A stretch of DNA of 37,197 nucleotides from an uncultured Candidatus Saccharibacteria bacterium (GTDB lineage: Bacteria > Patescibacteriota > Minisyncoccia > Phycocordibacterales > UBA918): NCBI GenBank assembly GCA_964432455.1, contig CAYSNO010000003.1:1-37197 (forward strand), in the 5' to 3' direction. Below, piece after piece: positions 22,692-31,328 of the stretch (its first letter is position 1; the number at the start of each line of letters is the position of its first letter). Both the position numbers and the translations under genes were made by a program. The notes under the pieces are model-generated. The model had not been told where the DNA came from. It made no database searches and saw only the letters and a program-made list of their open reading frames with translations.

Positions 22692-22905
22692 GATGGGATC
22701 TCCTTCTGCGTTGCGCTCCTTGGCGCCAGGTTGATGCAGAGCCAGTGCGCGGGATTGCGCGATGGCGATGAATAGATGAGCTGCGAGCTCATCATCCACC
22801 AGAGATCTTGGTTTCAAAAAAAAATGAGCTTCAGCTTGTCAGGACATCAGCCCTAACGTATTCGACCGCTTGAGTCCATGTGACTCACTCCTTTCATGTT
22901 AAGGA

Positions 22906-22928
22906 ACGAAAAAACGCCATCGTGGCGT
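22906..22928 (-). terminator. map terminator
   Basis: The minus strand reads acgcca-cga-tggcgt followed by tttttcg. Confidence 0.65.
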
Positions 22929-22964
22929 CCTTTGTTTCCTGCAAAAAATAGTAGCACGAATATT

Positions 22965-23741
22965 CTACTTGGTCAATATCTCCGCACCGTGCTCAGTAAT
23001 GGCAACCGTGTGTTCGAAGTGGGCGCTCCAGGTACCATCGGTGGTATAGACACTGTAGCCGTCGCCTTCATCGTCAAAATAGACATCAGCTTTTCCTAAG
23101 TTCACAATCGGTTCAATCGCGTAGACATGGCCAACTTCAATGAGCGGTCCTTGACCGGCTTTGCCAACGTTTGGAATGAGTGGCTCCTCGTGGACAGCAT
23201 ACCCTACCCCGTGGCCACAGAGGACCTCCACTGGACTCATACCACGACTGCGGACGAACTCCTCAATGGCGTGGCTAATGTCGCCGATATGATTGCCGGG
23301 CTTCGCTTCCTTAATCGCATGTGCGAGCGCCTCACGGGTGCAGGCAATGAGCGACGAGGCTTCTTTACTGATTTCACCCACACCGACAGTAATGCCGGAG
23401 TCAACAATCATTCCTTCGAGTCCAATCGACATATCAAGATTCACCACATCACCTTCTTTGAGAACGATGTCCGCTGACGGAATGCCGTGCTGGACACAGT
23501 CGTTGACCGAAATACAAACGGCGGCTGGGTACGGTGTCGGGGCAAACGATGGGTGGTAGCCAAGAAGGACAGGCTCGACCCCATATTCTTCGACCATTTC
23601 CATGGCGAGATCATCGAGATCAAGCGTTGAGACACCGGGCTTGGACGCCTCACCGAGGCGCTTGAGGATAGTCGCCAAAATCCGCCCCGCTTCGCGCAGC
23701 ACGTCGATTTCTTCTCTAGACTTCTTCTTAATACCCGACAT
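22965..23741 (-). CDS. map: type I methionine aminopeptidase
   Basis: VCISVNDCVQHGIP, GDVVNLD, GHGVG..VHE.P, EPIV... metal-ligand motifs. Confidence 0.95.
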   Translation of the reverse strand: MSGIKKKSREEIDVLREAGRILATILKRLGEASKPGVSTLDLDDLAMEMVEEYGVEPVLLGYHPSFAPTPYPAAVCISVNDCVQHGIPSADIVLKEGDVVNLDMSIGLEGMIVDSGITVGVGEISKEASSLIACTREALAHAIKEAKPGNHIGDISHAIEEFVRSRGMSPVEVLCGHGVGYAVHEEPLIPNVGKAGQGPLIEVGHVYAIEPIVNLGKADVYFDDEGDGYSVYTTDGTWSAHFEHTVAITEHGAEILTK

Positions 23742-23780
23742 AATATGGCTACTATAGAGGAAAAGGTAGCCAATAGCAAC

Positions 23781-24374
23781 TTAGTCTAATTGGAGTCCGG
23801 TGAGGATAGCGGCGTGCACTTCATCAATTGAGAGGGTGCCGTCGACGTCGTGAACCTGGGTATTTGGTCGAGTGCGGTAGTACTCGATAACCGGCAAGGT
23901 CTCTTCACGGTACCAACGGAGGCGCTCTTCGATCGAGTCACTCGTATCATCCAATCTAGCACGGCTTTCCATACGGGCACGCACCACTGCCTCAGGTGTG
24001 GCGAGATTTACCACATCAATACTTGTACGATCAAAGAATTTAAAGGCGTCATCGAGGTCCGGAATCTGGCCAACAGTTCGCGGGAAGCCGTCAATCAGGA
24101 GATGGCTCTTGTCATCAAGTTGGTCAAGCATAGCGCGGCCCCAGAGCACGGTTGTAATGAAGTCTGGCTGCAAAATACCGCTATTGAGGGTGGCAGCAAT
24201 CTTATCTTCGGCAAAGGTTTCTTGGGTGGCAGCGAGTGCACGGAAACGACGACCGGTCTGAATGTCTACCACGCGACGGCGGTCACGGGCTTCAAGCACC
24301 CCCTTTAACTTCTCAATCTGCGTCCCCTTACCACTACCCTGCGGCCCAATAAAAATGACTGTTTTGATATCCAT
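23781..24374 (-). CDS. adk: adenylate kinase (short, Cys-less lid)
   Basis: IFIGPQGSGKGTQ P-loop, LIDGFPRT, RLDD. Confidence 0.92.
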   Translation of the reverse strand: MDIKTVIFIGPQGSGKGTQIEKLKGVLEARDRRRVVDIQTGRRFRALAATQETFAEDKIAATLNSGILQPDFITTVLWGRAMLDQLDDKSHLLIDGFPRTVGQIPDLDDAFKFFDRTSIDVVNLATPEAVVRARMESRARLDDTSDSIEERLRWYREETLPVIEYYRTRPNTQVHDVDGTLSIDEVHAAILTGLQLD

Positions 24375-24414
24375 ACTGGTACAGTGTAGCGACTAATTAG
24401 ATATTGGCAAGAAA

Positions 24415-24987
24415 TTACCCCTTGAGCACATTAAAAATGTGCTCCCGGACTACCTCTGGTGATTGTGTACCGTCTATATCAATCAGCGTACCTTGTGAGC
24501 GAAAAAACTCAATCGATTTGGCGGTGTAGGTACGATACTCTTCGAGTCGCTTATCAACCGACTTTGGTGAGTCGACGATATCGCGAGCACGCTTTTCACT
24601 CCGTTCATGTACTTGTTCATCACTAATATCGAGGTTGAAGACTATGTAGGGACGATTTACCCATTCGTGAATCTCATGAAATAACTCTGCTTCGTCTGGC
24701 TTTTTAGCGACAGCTTCAAATATCACTCGGTCTTTTTCATATTGTGAGACCAAAGCATGGGTCATCCAGTATGAAGCAATCCATTCTGGGATAAGGCGAC
24801 CACTCTCGTACATCTCTTTCATTTTTTGACCAAACACGGTTGGTTGTGCAGCGGTCTCACGCACTTTATTACCGTTTGAGTATAGCGTGCCACCAAAGTT
24901 TTCTAAAATGTAGTGGGCCTGCGTACCCTTGCCTGAACAGATTTTACCCATTAAGACGATGCTCTGATATTTGGTCTCGTATTGCAT
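24415..24987 (-). CDS. second adenylate-kinase-family NMP kinase paralog
   Basis: LMGKICSGKGTQA P-loop and overall AK-like layout (190 aa), in tandem with adk. Confidence 0.8.
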   Translation of the reverse strand: MQYETKYQSIVLMGKICSGKGTQAHYILENFGGTLYSNGNKVRETAAQPTVFGQKMKEMYESGRLIPEWIASYWMTHALVSQYEKDRVIFEAVAKKPDEAELFHEIHEWVNRPYIVFNLDISDEQVHERSEKRARDIVDSPKSVDKRLEEYRTYTAKSIEFFRSQGTLIDIDGTQSPEVVREHIFNVLKG

Positions 24988-25025
24988 GACAGTACGGTAC
25001 CAATTTTATCCCATTTGCGCAATTG

Positions 25026-25034
25026 TGGTAAAAT
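25026..25034 (+). promoter_or_regulatory. extended -10 promoter TGGTAAAAT, 6 nt upstream of ATG 25041
   Basis: aattgTGGTAAAATtgaacaATG. Confidence 0.55.
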
Positions 25035-25040
25035 TGAACA

Positions 25041-26045
25041 ATGAGTGAAAAATTCCGACCGCACGACTACTCAGGAGAAACTCCCTCCCAACATCAACCT
25101 ACAGCAGCAATGGAGGGTCGACCGCGTCAAGAAACCACACCAGCACAACTCATGGTGCGAAGGTATCTTGAATCAATTAATGAAGAAACTCTCCAATCAA
25201 TCATCACTGAATACATTGGTGTAACCGGTAGAAATACTAATCACCTGAGCGGTTTTGTGCCTTTTAATGATATTCGTTTGCTGGACGACAAAAACAACCC
25301 AGGGTATGGGCGATACATGAACGGTGAGAGTTATATCGAATTGAACAGTTTTTGGCTGGCAGACAATCCTGTACAAACTCTGTACACACTTATCCATGAA
25401 GAACTTCATGCCTGTAGTAATACTATACTAGCTACTGTACATCCAGAAAGAACAAATTACACTCTGCACTCTGGTGTAGTCACTAGCTATATGAGTGTAG
25501 ACCACTCCAATAACAGAACTATAGACAGTAAAATGGAGGAGGGCACTGAAGCAAACGAAGGTATAACTGAATTATTGACTCGAGAATGCCTGCGTGAATA
25601 TTTAAAAAGAACTGGTGATTCAGCCATGTATGGGACAGTTGAAATAGAGAAGGCTTTGTATGAGAGTCGTCACGAAGATAGTTATGGAGCATACCAAAAA
25701 TCTATTGATTTTTTTGCTATGCTCATTTCAGCAGTTACAGATGTAAGTATCGATACTGTTCGAAAAGGGATTTATCGCTCATATTTTAGAAATTCTGACA
25801 TATTCTCACCAGAAATTTCAGCCTTTATTGATGATATTATCCCTGGTTCAATTCAAAAAGTACAACGATTATTACGTAATGAATTTGTGCCTCAAGATTT
25901 TGTCGAATTACAGACAGCAATTGAGAACTCTATAAAATTAAACGAGACGGAAAAAGACACATTAATCACGAACCTCAAAGGTCTGTTCGCAGAAAAATCT
26001 ATCCAAAAAGCTGACATGATTGAGCGTGGTATACTGCCCCAATGA
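25041..26045 (+). CDS. hypothetical protein with an HExxH (zincin-like) motif
   Basis: 334 aa, AT-rich. TLIHEELHAC contains HEELH, and an acidic EGTEANEGITE segment lies about 50 aa downstream. No signal peptide seen. Confidence 0.65.
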   Translation: MSEKFRPHDYSGETPSQHQPTAAMEGRPRQETTPAQLMVRRYLESINEETLQSIITEYIGVTGRNTNHLSGFVPFNDIRLLDDKNNPGYGRYMNGESYIELNSFWLADNPVQTLYTLIHEELHACSNTILATVHPERTNYTLHSGVVTSYMSVDHSNNRTIDSKMEEGTEANEGITELLTRECLREYLKRTGDSAMYGTVEIEKALYESRHEDSYGAYQKSIDFFAMLISAVTDVSIDTVRKGIYRSYFRNSDIFSPEISAFIDDIIPGSIQKVQRLLRNEFVPQDFVELQTAIENSIKLNETEKDTLITNLKGLFAEKSIQKADMIERGILPQ

Positions 26046-26674
26046 AACGGCAACACATCATCACAATTTCGGGCAAACCAGGCAGCGGGAAGTCTTCAAC
26101 GGCTGATATAGTAGCTGAACTCCTTGGGTATACTCGGCACTCGTCTGGTGATATGGTACGCCAAATTCTCGCCGATAAGGGGATGTCGCTCGCTGAATAC
26201 AACGAACGAGCCAAGAGCGACCACGCCCTAGATGACGCGGTCGACGATCGCCTCCGCGCACTGCGGACCAAAAAGGATATTGTGGTTGACTCACGCCTCG
26301 GCTTCTATTGGATACCCGAATCATTTAAAGTCTACCTCGATCTCGATATTGAAGTGGCGACCGTCCGTATCTACAAAGATGCGGTCAATAACGCGAACCG
26401 CAGTCAGACTGGTGAAGGTATTAGTTCGTTGTCTGAGGTGACAAAACAAGTGCGTTTCCGGATGGAAGAAGAACGGAGTCGCTTCCGTGAACTCTACCAC
26501 GTCGATCCGTACGACCTCGCCCACTTTGACCTCATCATCGACACCTCCCGCCACTCACCACAAACGGTAGCGCTCGTGGTCTTTGACACCTACCGCCGAT
26601 GGCTCGATGCCCAGGTTTGGAAACAGGAACGAAGTGCGATTCCAGCCGGTTACTCCTTCAAAAACCAGTATTAA
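26042..26674 (+). CDS. cmk: archaeal-type cytidylate (CMP) kinase-like protein
   Basis: IITISGKPGSGKSSTADIVAELLGY ... DIVVDSRLG ... KVYLDLDIEVATVRI resembles archaeal-type Cmk. Overlaps the previous ORF by ATGA. Confidence 0.75.
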   Translation: MKRQHIITISGKPGSGKSSTADIVAELLGYTRHSSGDMVRQILADKGMSLAEYNERAKSDHALDDAVDDRLRALRTKKDIVVDSRLGFYWIPESFKVYLDLDIEVATVRIYKDAVNNANRSQTGEGISSLSEVTKQVRFRMEEERSRFRELYHVDPYDLAHFDLIIDTSRHSPQTVALVVFDTYRRWLDAQVWKQERSAIPAGYSFKNQY

Positions 26675-26827
26675 AGGAATGTTAATTTTCCGCCATACTT
26701 TGTCAGATTTCAAAAATTAGTCTTCAATGTACACCAACGTACACCTCAGCCAAATTTTCTCATCTTTCTCGTCTGGCAAAAAAATTTCCAATTCCTTGCT
26801 AAGTCTGGAGGGGTCTCATATTCCAAA

Positions 26828-26859
26828 ACACAAAAGACCCAGTACGGGGTCTTTTGTGT
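26828..26859. terminator. bidirectional terminator
   Basis: acacaaaagaccc-agtacg-gggtcttttgtgt, a 13-bp stem. Confidence 0.75.
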
Positions 26860-26933
26860 TGTTCGTAACCTTTGATGACAACAGCCGCCAAGTTGAAAAC
26901 GTTAGAATTGCTGCAGATACTAGGCGGACAAAG

Positions 26934-26977
26934 AAAAAGAGCCAAGCTGTACTGGTTTGTACTGCGAGGCTCTTTTT
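26934..26977. terminator. secY terminator (bidirectional A/T-armed hairpin)
   Basis: aaaaagagcc-(24 nt, internally paired gtac..gtac)-ggctcttttt. Confidence 0.7.
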
Positions 26978-27020
26978 CTGAAGTCCAACAACGTAGATAC
27001 GGTGATTCTAGCGTTTTCTT

Positions 27021-28298
27021 TTAGTATTCGCGGAGGGATACCTGAGCGTCAAGACGACGGATAAGATCAAGCACTACATTCACCACAATCAGAATCGCGG
27101 TTCCACCAATGGCGAGCGCTGCGATACCGGTTGCTACCTGCAGGGCAATCGGCAGTACGGCTACAACCGCAAGGAAGAGCGCACCAACGAGAGTAAGTCG
27201 GGTAATCAAGTTACCAAGGTACTCGGCAGTGTGATCTCCTGGGCGGATACCCGGGATAAATGAACCATTGCGCTGCAAGTTCTTTGCAATCGCTTCAGGG
27301 TCAAAGGTCACCGCGGTGTAGAAGAAGGTAAAGAGGAATACGAACACGAAGTAGACCGCTCCATAGAGGATATAATCGTTCATGAAGCTCGCAATCGCTG
27401 CGTTTGCAGTCGCTACCCATGGTAAGTTAAACGCACCGAGGATATTCAAGACCATCTGTGGGAAGAGGAGGATTGAGAGCGCGAAGATGATTGGAATCAC
27501 ACCAGCCTGGTTAAGGCGCAGTGGCAAGTATGAGTTGTTACCACGAGTGGTCAACATCATGTTGCCGCGGCTCTGCTTGGCATTGGTGATTGGCACCACC
27601 CGCTCGGCTTCAGTCATCACAACTACAGCGTAGATAATACCGATAGCGAGGAAAACAAACCCAATATAGAGCGGTAGCTGGGCAGCGTTGTAGTTGTAGA
27701 TTAACTGACTGATAGTGGTTGGAAGTCCAGCCATAATACCAGCAAAGATAATCATCGACACACCGTTACCAATACCATACTCAGTCACCAGTTCACCAAG
27801 CCACATGAGCAAGGTAGCACCAGCTACTACGAGGATGACGTTTAATGCGAAGTCAAAGAAGGTCAAGTGACTAATTACTCCCTGACTTTCAAGCAAGGTG
27901 AGGAAACCAAAAGCCTGAAGAATCGCCAGGGGAAGAGACAGCATACGCGTATACTGCGTAAACTTGGCCCGACCGGCTTCGCCTTCTTCGGTGTAGAGAC
28001 TCTTCATCTTTGGTGACATCACCGTCATGAGCTGCAAGATGATAGAAGCCGTAATAAACGGACCAACACCAAGCATCACAATCGAAAGATTTGAAAGTCC
28101 ACCACCTGAGAAGATGTTGAGGAGACCAAGGAACTGGTTGTTCGCAAAGAATTGCTGCAACACTGCCTGATCAACTCCTGGAATTGGGACTGCCGCCAAA
28201 AGACGGAAGATAGCGAGTGCCCCAAGGACAAAGAGCACACGGTTACGAATGGTCTTGTCGGTAAAGACTACTTTTAATTTGTGTAGAAATGTTTGCAT
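27021..28298 (-). CDS. secY: preprotein translocase subunit SecY
   Basis: 425 aa, 10-TM layout. LFVLGALAIFRLLAAVPIPG and GGLSNLSIVMLGVGPFITASII motifs. Confidence 0.97.
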   Translation of the reverse strand: MQTFLHKLKVVFTDKTIRNRVLFVLGALAIFRLLAAVPIPGVDQAVLQQFFANNQFLGLLNIFSGGGLSNLSIVMLGVGPFITASIILQLMTVMSPKMKSLYTEEGEAGRAKFTQYTRMLSLPLAILQAFGFLTLLESQGVISHLTFFDFALNVILVVAGATLLMWLGELVTEYGIGNGVSMIIFAGIMAGLPTTISQLIYNYNAAQLPLYIGFVFLAIGIIYAVVVMTEAERVVPITNAKQSRGNMMLTTRGNNSYLPLRLNQAGVIPIIFALSILLFPQMVLNILGAFNLPWVATANAAIASFMNDYILYGAVYFVFVFLFTFFYTAVTFDPEAIAKNLQRNGSFIPGIRPGDHTAEYLGNLITRLTLVGALFLAVVAVLPIALQVATGIAALAIGGTAILIVVNVVLDLIRRLDAQVSLREY

Positions 28299-28316
28299 AT
28301 AGCACTATTCTACCGA

Positions 28317-28766
28317 TTAAAGTACCTTTCCGCCAGCTTTTTCGATTTTTGCCTTGGCAGTGGCTGACACTTCACAACCTTCGATAGTGAGCGCCTTCGT
28401 GAGTTCGCCAGTAGCGAGGATCTTCACGGTCGGAGCCTTCTTGCGAATAGTTTCAACTACGAGAGCTGCCACGAGCGTCTTTGGAGTAACGGTATCCCCC
28501 GCCTTAAAGGCAAGTTCAAGCGCACCAACATTAACTGGCATTGGGCGTACGCGTTCAGCGTTTACGGTAGCGGCTCGGTTCACACCGTGACCGCGGAGCT
28601 TTGGATACTTCTTGATGAAGTCACGCATTTCTGGACGCATACTGTTACCAGCGCGTGCAGTCTGTCCCTTCCCACCGCGACCTGAGGTCTTACCACGCTT
28701 ACCACCGCGACCAATACGCTTCTGGGCCTTCTTTTGGGTAGCTGGCTTTAATTCATGAAGCTGCAT
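28317..28766 (-). CDS. rplO: 50S ribosomal protein L15
   Basis: MQLHELKP....KKAQKRIGRGGKRGKTSGRGGKGQ. Confidence 0.96.
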   Translation of the reverse strand: MQLHELKPATQKKAQKRIGRGGKRGKTSGRGGKGQTARAGNSMRPEMRDFIKKYPKLRGHGVNRAATVNAERVRPMPVNVGALELAFKAGDTVTPKTLVAALVVETIRKKAPTVKILATGELTKALTIEGCEVSATAKAKIEKAGGKVL

Positions 28767-28767
28767 A

Positions 28768-29406
28768 TTACTTGATGTTTTTTAGGAGCTTGAGCGCCTC
28801 GACTGCAGCGCGTGCATTGTTAAGTTTGTTCTTACTACGTGAGAAAATCTTGGCAGTAACATCCTTTACTCCAGCCATTTCGAGAACGGTACGGACTGAA
28901 GAACCAGCCACGAGTCCTCGGCCTGGAGCCGGCATAATCATTACTTCACTTGAGGCATACTTGGTATGCACATCGTGTGGAAGGTGACTATCCTTGTTCA
29001 TTGGTACGACAATCATGTGCTTCTTGGCATCACGGACTGCCTTATCAATAGCGAGCTGGGTGTCACCGGCCTTACCAATACCAACACCTACCTTACCCTT
29101 CTTGTCACCGACGACCATCGCTACAGAGAAACTGAAACGACGACCACCAGCCATAACACGAGTAACGCGGCGGATACTGATAATCTTCTGATCAAACTCT
29201 GGACGAGTTCGCTCTGGACGAGCTGACCCACTGCGACGTGGACGACGATTGTTGTCACGGTTACCTCCTCGGTCATTTCCACCACGGCGAGGACGGCGAC
29301 CATCAGCTGGTACGGCGTCACTAGCGGGTGCATCGGTCGCTGGCACTTCTGGTGCCGCGATGTCTGGGGTGTTTTCCACCGCAGTTGTAGCTTCCTGCTC
29401 TGACAT
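28768..29406 (-). CDS. rpsE: 30S ribosomal protein S5 with a low-complexity N-terminal extension of about 70 aa
   Basis: IISIRRVTRVMAGGRRFSFSVAMVVGDKKGKVGVGIGKA core. The N-terminus is rich in R/N/G/P/A. Confidence 0.95.
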   Translation of the reverse strand: MSEQEATTAVENTPDIAAPEVPATDAPASDAVPADGRRPRRGGNDRGGNRDNNRRPRRSGSARPERTRPEFDQKIISIRRVTRVMAGGRRFSFSVAMVVGDKKGKVGVGIGKAGDTQLAIDKAVRDAKKHMIVVPMNKDSHLPHDVHTKYASSEVMIMPAPGRGLVAGSSVRTVLEMAGVKDVTAKIFSRSKNKLNNARAAVEALKLLKNIK

Positions 29407-29433
29407 AATTAATTCATTAGTTGAGATAAATCC

Positions 29434-29781
29434 TTAGAAGGTGAGACCATTGGCACGAGCACTATCAGCGAGCGCAGCAATGAGTCCCTGGTACTTGAAG
29501 CCACCGCGGTCAAAAACCACAGCGGTTACACCTTTGGCGACTGCTGCCTTGGCGATAGTAGCGCCTACAGCAACCGCTCCTTCGGTCATCGTGCCTTTGG
29601 TCTGACGTGAATCAGCCGCGGCCAAGGTAACACCCTTCTGGTCATCGATAAGCTGGGCGTACACAAAGCGATTACTCTTATAAATCGCGAGACGTGGACG
29701 TTCCGTAGTACCGGTAACTTTAGCGCGGATACGATTGTGTCGGACCGCACGCTTCGCATGTTTGTATTGAGTTTTTTCCAT
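29434..29781 (-). CDS. rplR: 50S ribosomal protein L18
   Basis: RHNRIRAKVTGTTERPRLAIYKSNRFVYAQLIDD. Internal ATG 29781 is chosen over the track start at 29907. Confidence 0.95.
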   Translation of the reverse strand: MEKTQYKHAKRAVRHNRIRAKVTGTTERPRLAIYKSNRFVYAQLIDDQKGVTLAAADSRQTKGTMTEGAVAVGATIAKAAVAKGVTAVVFDRGGFKYQGLIAALADSARANGLTF

Positions 29782-29791
29782 ACGTGTGGGC

Positions 29792-30322
29792 TTACACAGC
29801 CTTCTTACCTTGCTTGCGGATAATAAATTCACCTCGGTAGCGAATACCCTTACCCTTGTATGGTTCTGGCTTTCGTACCTTACGCACGTTTGCGGCAAAC
29901 TGACCAAGAAGGTCTTTGTCGTGACTTACGAGCGTAATTGCACTCTTCTCCACGGTGGCAGTGATGCCAGCTGGAATAGCGAGGAGTACTGGGTGTGAGT
30001 ACCCCATACTAAGCGAAAGATCAGTACCCTTCACTTCAGCACGGTACCCCACTCCTTCAATATCAAGAATCTTGGTGAAACCAGTAGTTACGCCAACAAT
30101 CATGTTCCGGAGGTGTGCTGCATAGGTACCCCACAATGCTTTCGCAAGAACGGTAGTACCTGGTGCAAGCGTGATCGTGTCGCCATCAATGGTGATAGTG
30201 ACATCATCGCGCATCGGTCGAACAAGTGTTCCCTTTGGTCCCTTCACGGTCAAGTGACCGTCTGCGAGTGTTACCTCGACGCCAGCTGGGATAGCCACTG
30301 GCAATTTTCCTAAACGACTCAT
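29792..30322 (-). CDS. rplF: 50S ribosomal protein L6
   Basis: MSRLGKLPVAIPAGVEV ... GYSHPV ... KGKGIRY. ATG 30322 is chosen. Confidence 0.95.
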   Translation of the reverse strand: MSRLGKLPVAIPAGVEVTLADGHLTVKGPKGTLVRPMRDDVTITIDGDTITLAPGTTVLAKALWGTYAAHLRNMIVGVTTGFTKILDIEGVGYRAEVKGTDLSLSMGYSHPVLLAIPAGITATVEKSAITLVSHDKDLLGQFAANVRKVRKPEPYKGKGIRYRGEFIIRKQGKKAV

Positions 30323-30323
30323 A

Positions 30324-30716
30324 TTACCAAATGAGGAAAAGCTGCTCACCACCGACATTCTTCGCCTTGGCCTCAACGTTTGTGAGGATACCAGCTGGAG
30401 TCGAGAGGATGAGATGCCCCTTTCCGAACTTTACTTGATGGATAGATTCGACCTTGGTGTAGAGACGACGACCTGGCTTACTGACGCGCTTAACGCCATT
30501 AATACGGTGTGCCCCATCTTCGTACTTGAGCGTTACTTCAAGTGTCTTCTGTGCAACTTTTCCTTTGGCTGTTGCTGCTTCAACGTATCCTGCCTCAACG
30601 AGCTTGTCTGCCACGGCATGACGGAGCTTTGAGTACGGCACTGAGACGGTCTTGTGACCAACTACGCCCGCATTCTTGAGACGGATGATGAAATCGCCAA
30701 TTGTATCTCCTACCAT
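30324..30716 (-). CDS. rpsH: 30S ribosomal protein S8
   Basis: [13 protein letters not shown]... and STPAGILT...A....VGGE.L..IW. Confidence 0.96.
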   Translation of the reverse strand: MVGDTIGDFIIRLKNAGVVGHKTVSVPYSKLRHAVADKLVEAGYVEAATAKGKVAQKTLEVTLKYEDGAHRINGVKRVSKPGRRLYTKVESIHQVKFGKGHLILSTPAGILTNVEAKAKNVGGEQLFLIW

Positions 30717-30895
30717 GATGATTTCTTTATACCTGGTATATGTCCTTCGTGAGCCAATTCACGGAAGCAGATACGACAAATGTCGAAATCTCGCATATAT
30801 CCGTGCTTGCGGCCACAGAGCTTGCAGCGTCGTACGACGCGTGAAGCATACTTCGGAGTACGCTGTGAGCGTACTATGACTGATGTTCGAGCCAC
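30710..30895 (-). CDS. rpsN: 30S ribosomal protein S14, type Z (zinc-binding, 61 aa)
   Basis: [41 protein letters not shown] start. Confidence 0.93.
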   Translation of the reverse strand: MARTSVIVRSQRTPKYASRVVRRCKLCGRKHGYMRDFDICRICFRELAHEGHIPGIKKSSW

Positions 30896-31065
30896 TTTTT
30901 ATTGTGTTATCTGTACGAGGCCGTATCACCGAGAAAATGGTGACGTGCCTCCTAATAAATGTGCCAAAAAGGTCATAACGAGTACCGGAAACCGGTTCTC
31001 TACCCCTCTCACACACCGCCAAGCCTAGAAATACAGTGAGTTCATAGACTTCGCAGCTGGTCGCA

Positions 31066-31093
31066 ATAGTATCAGAAAAATAAGAAATAGCAA
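31066..31093 (-). promoter_or_regulatory. candidate internal promoter TTGCTA-16-TACTAT for rpsN-...-secY
   Basis: The minus strand reads ccTTGCTAtttcttatttttctgaTACTATtgcg, just downstream of the 17-bp hairpin. Confidence 0.45.
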
Positions 31094-31100
31094 GGTTTTA

Positions 31101-31139
31101 GCAAAAACAAAGCCCCCCAAATGGGGGCTTTGTTTTTGC
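31101..31139. terminator. perfect 17-bp hairpin inside the rplE-rpsN spacer
   Basis: gcaaaaacaaagccccc-caaat-gggggctttgtttttgc. Confidence 0.7.
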
Positions 31140-31328
31140 TCTGTTTTTGAGTATTACTCAGCTTTTTGCAAAGGTAGTCACCATTTTCTAAGTATAATTT
31201 TCACTACGTTTAATTCTACTTAGAAATGCCGACCCGGCCTCGACCGTTTTTGCTCTTGGTTAGAGCAAAAACATGTCTCCGGCTCTTACCGCTTCCGGAC
31301 GAGATACTAATCTCGTCCTAAAAAGAAA

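Noticed and set aside
22692-22817. Longer 247-aa version of the island protein starting at TTG 22817
   Set aside because: There is no SD or promoter at the TTG, whereas ATG 22691 has GAAGGAG at ideal spacing. The extension cannot be excluded without data.
22816-22824. A9/T9 homopolymer upstream of the 205-aa gene as a phase-variation switch
   Set aside because: It lies about 125 nt upstream of the preferred ATG and not between recognisable -35 and -10 elements. With a single sequence there is no evidence of length variation.
26675-26827. About 150-nt untranslated stretch after the cmk-like gene, and the 84-aa ORF 26727..26981
   Set aside because: The ORF crosses two terminators and has no start signal. 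The stretch is most simply a 3' UTR.
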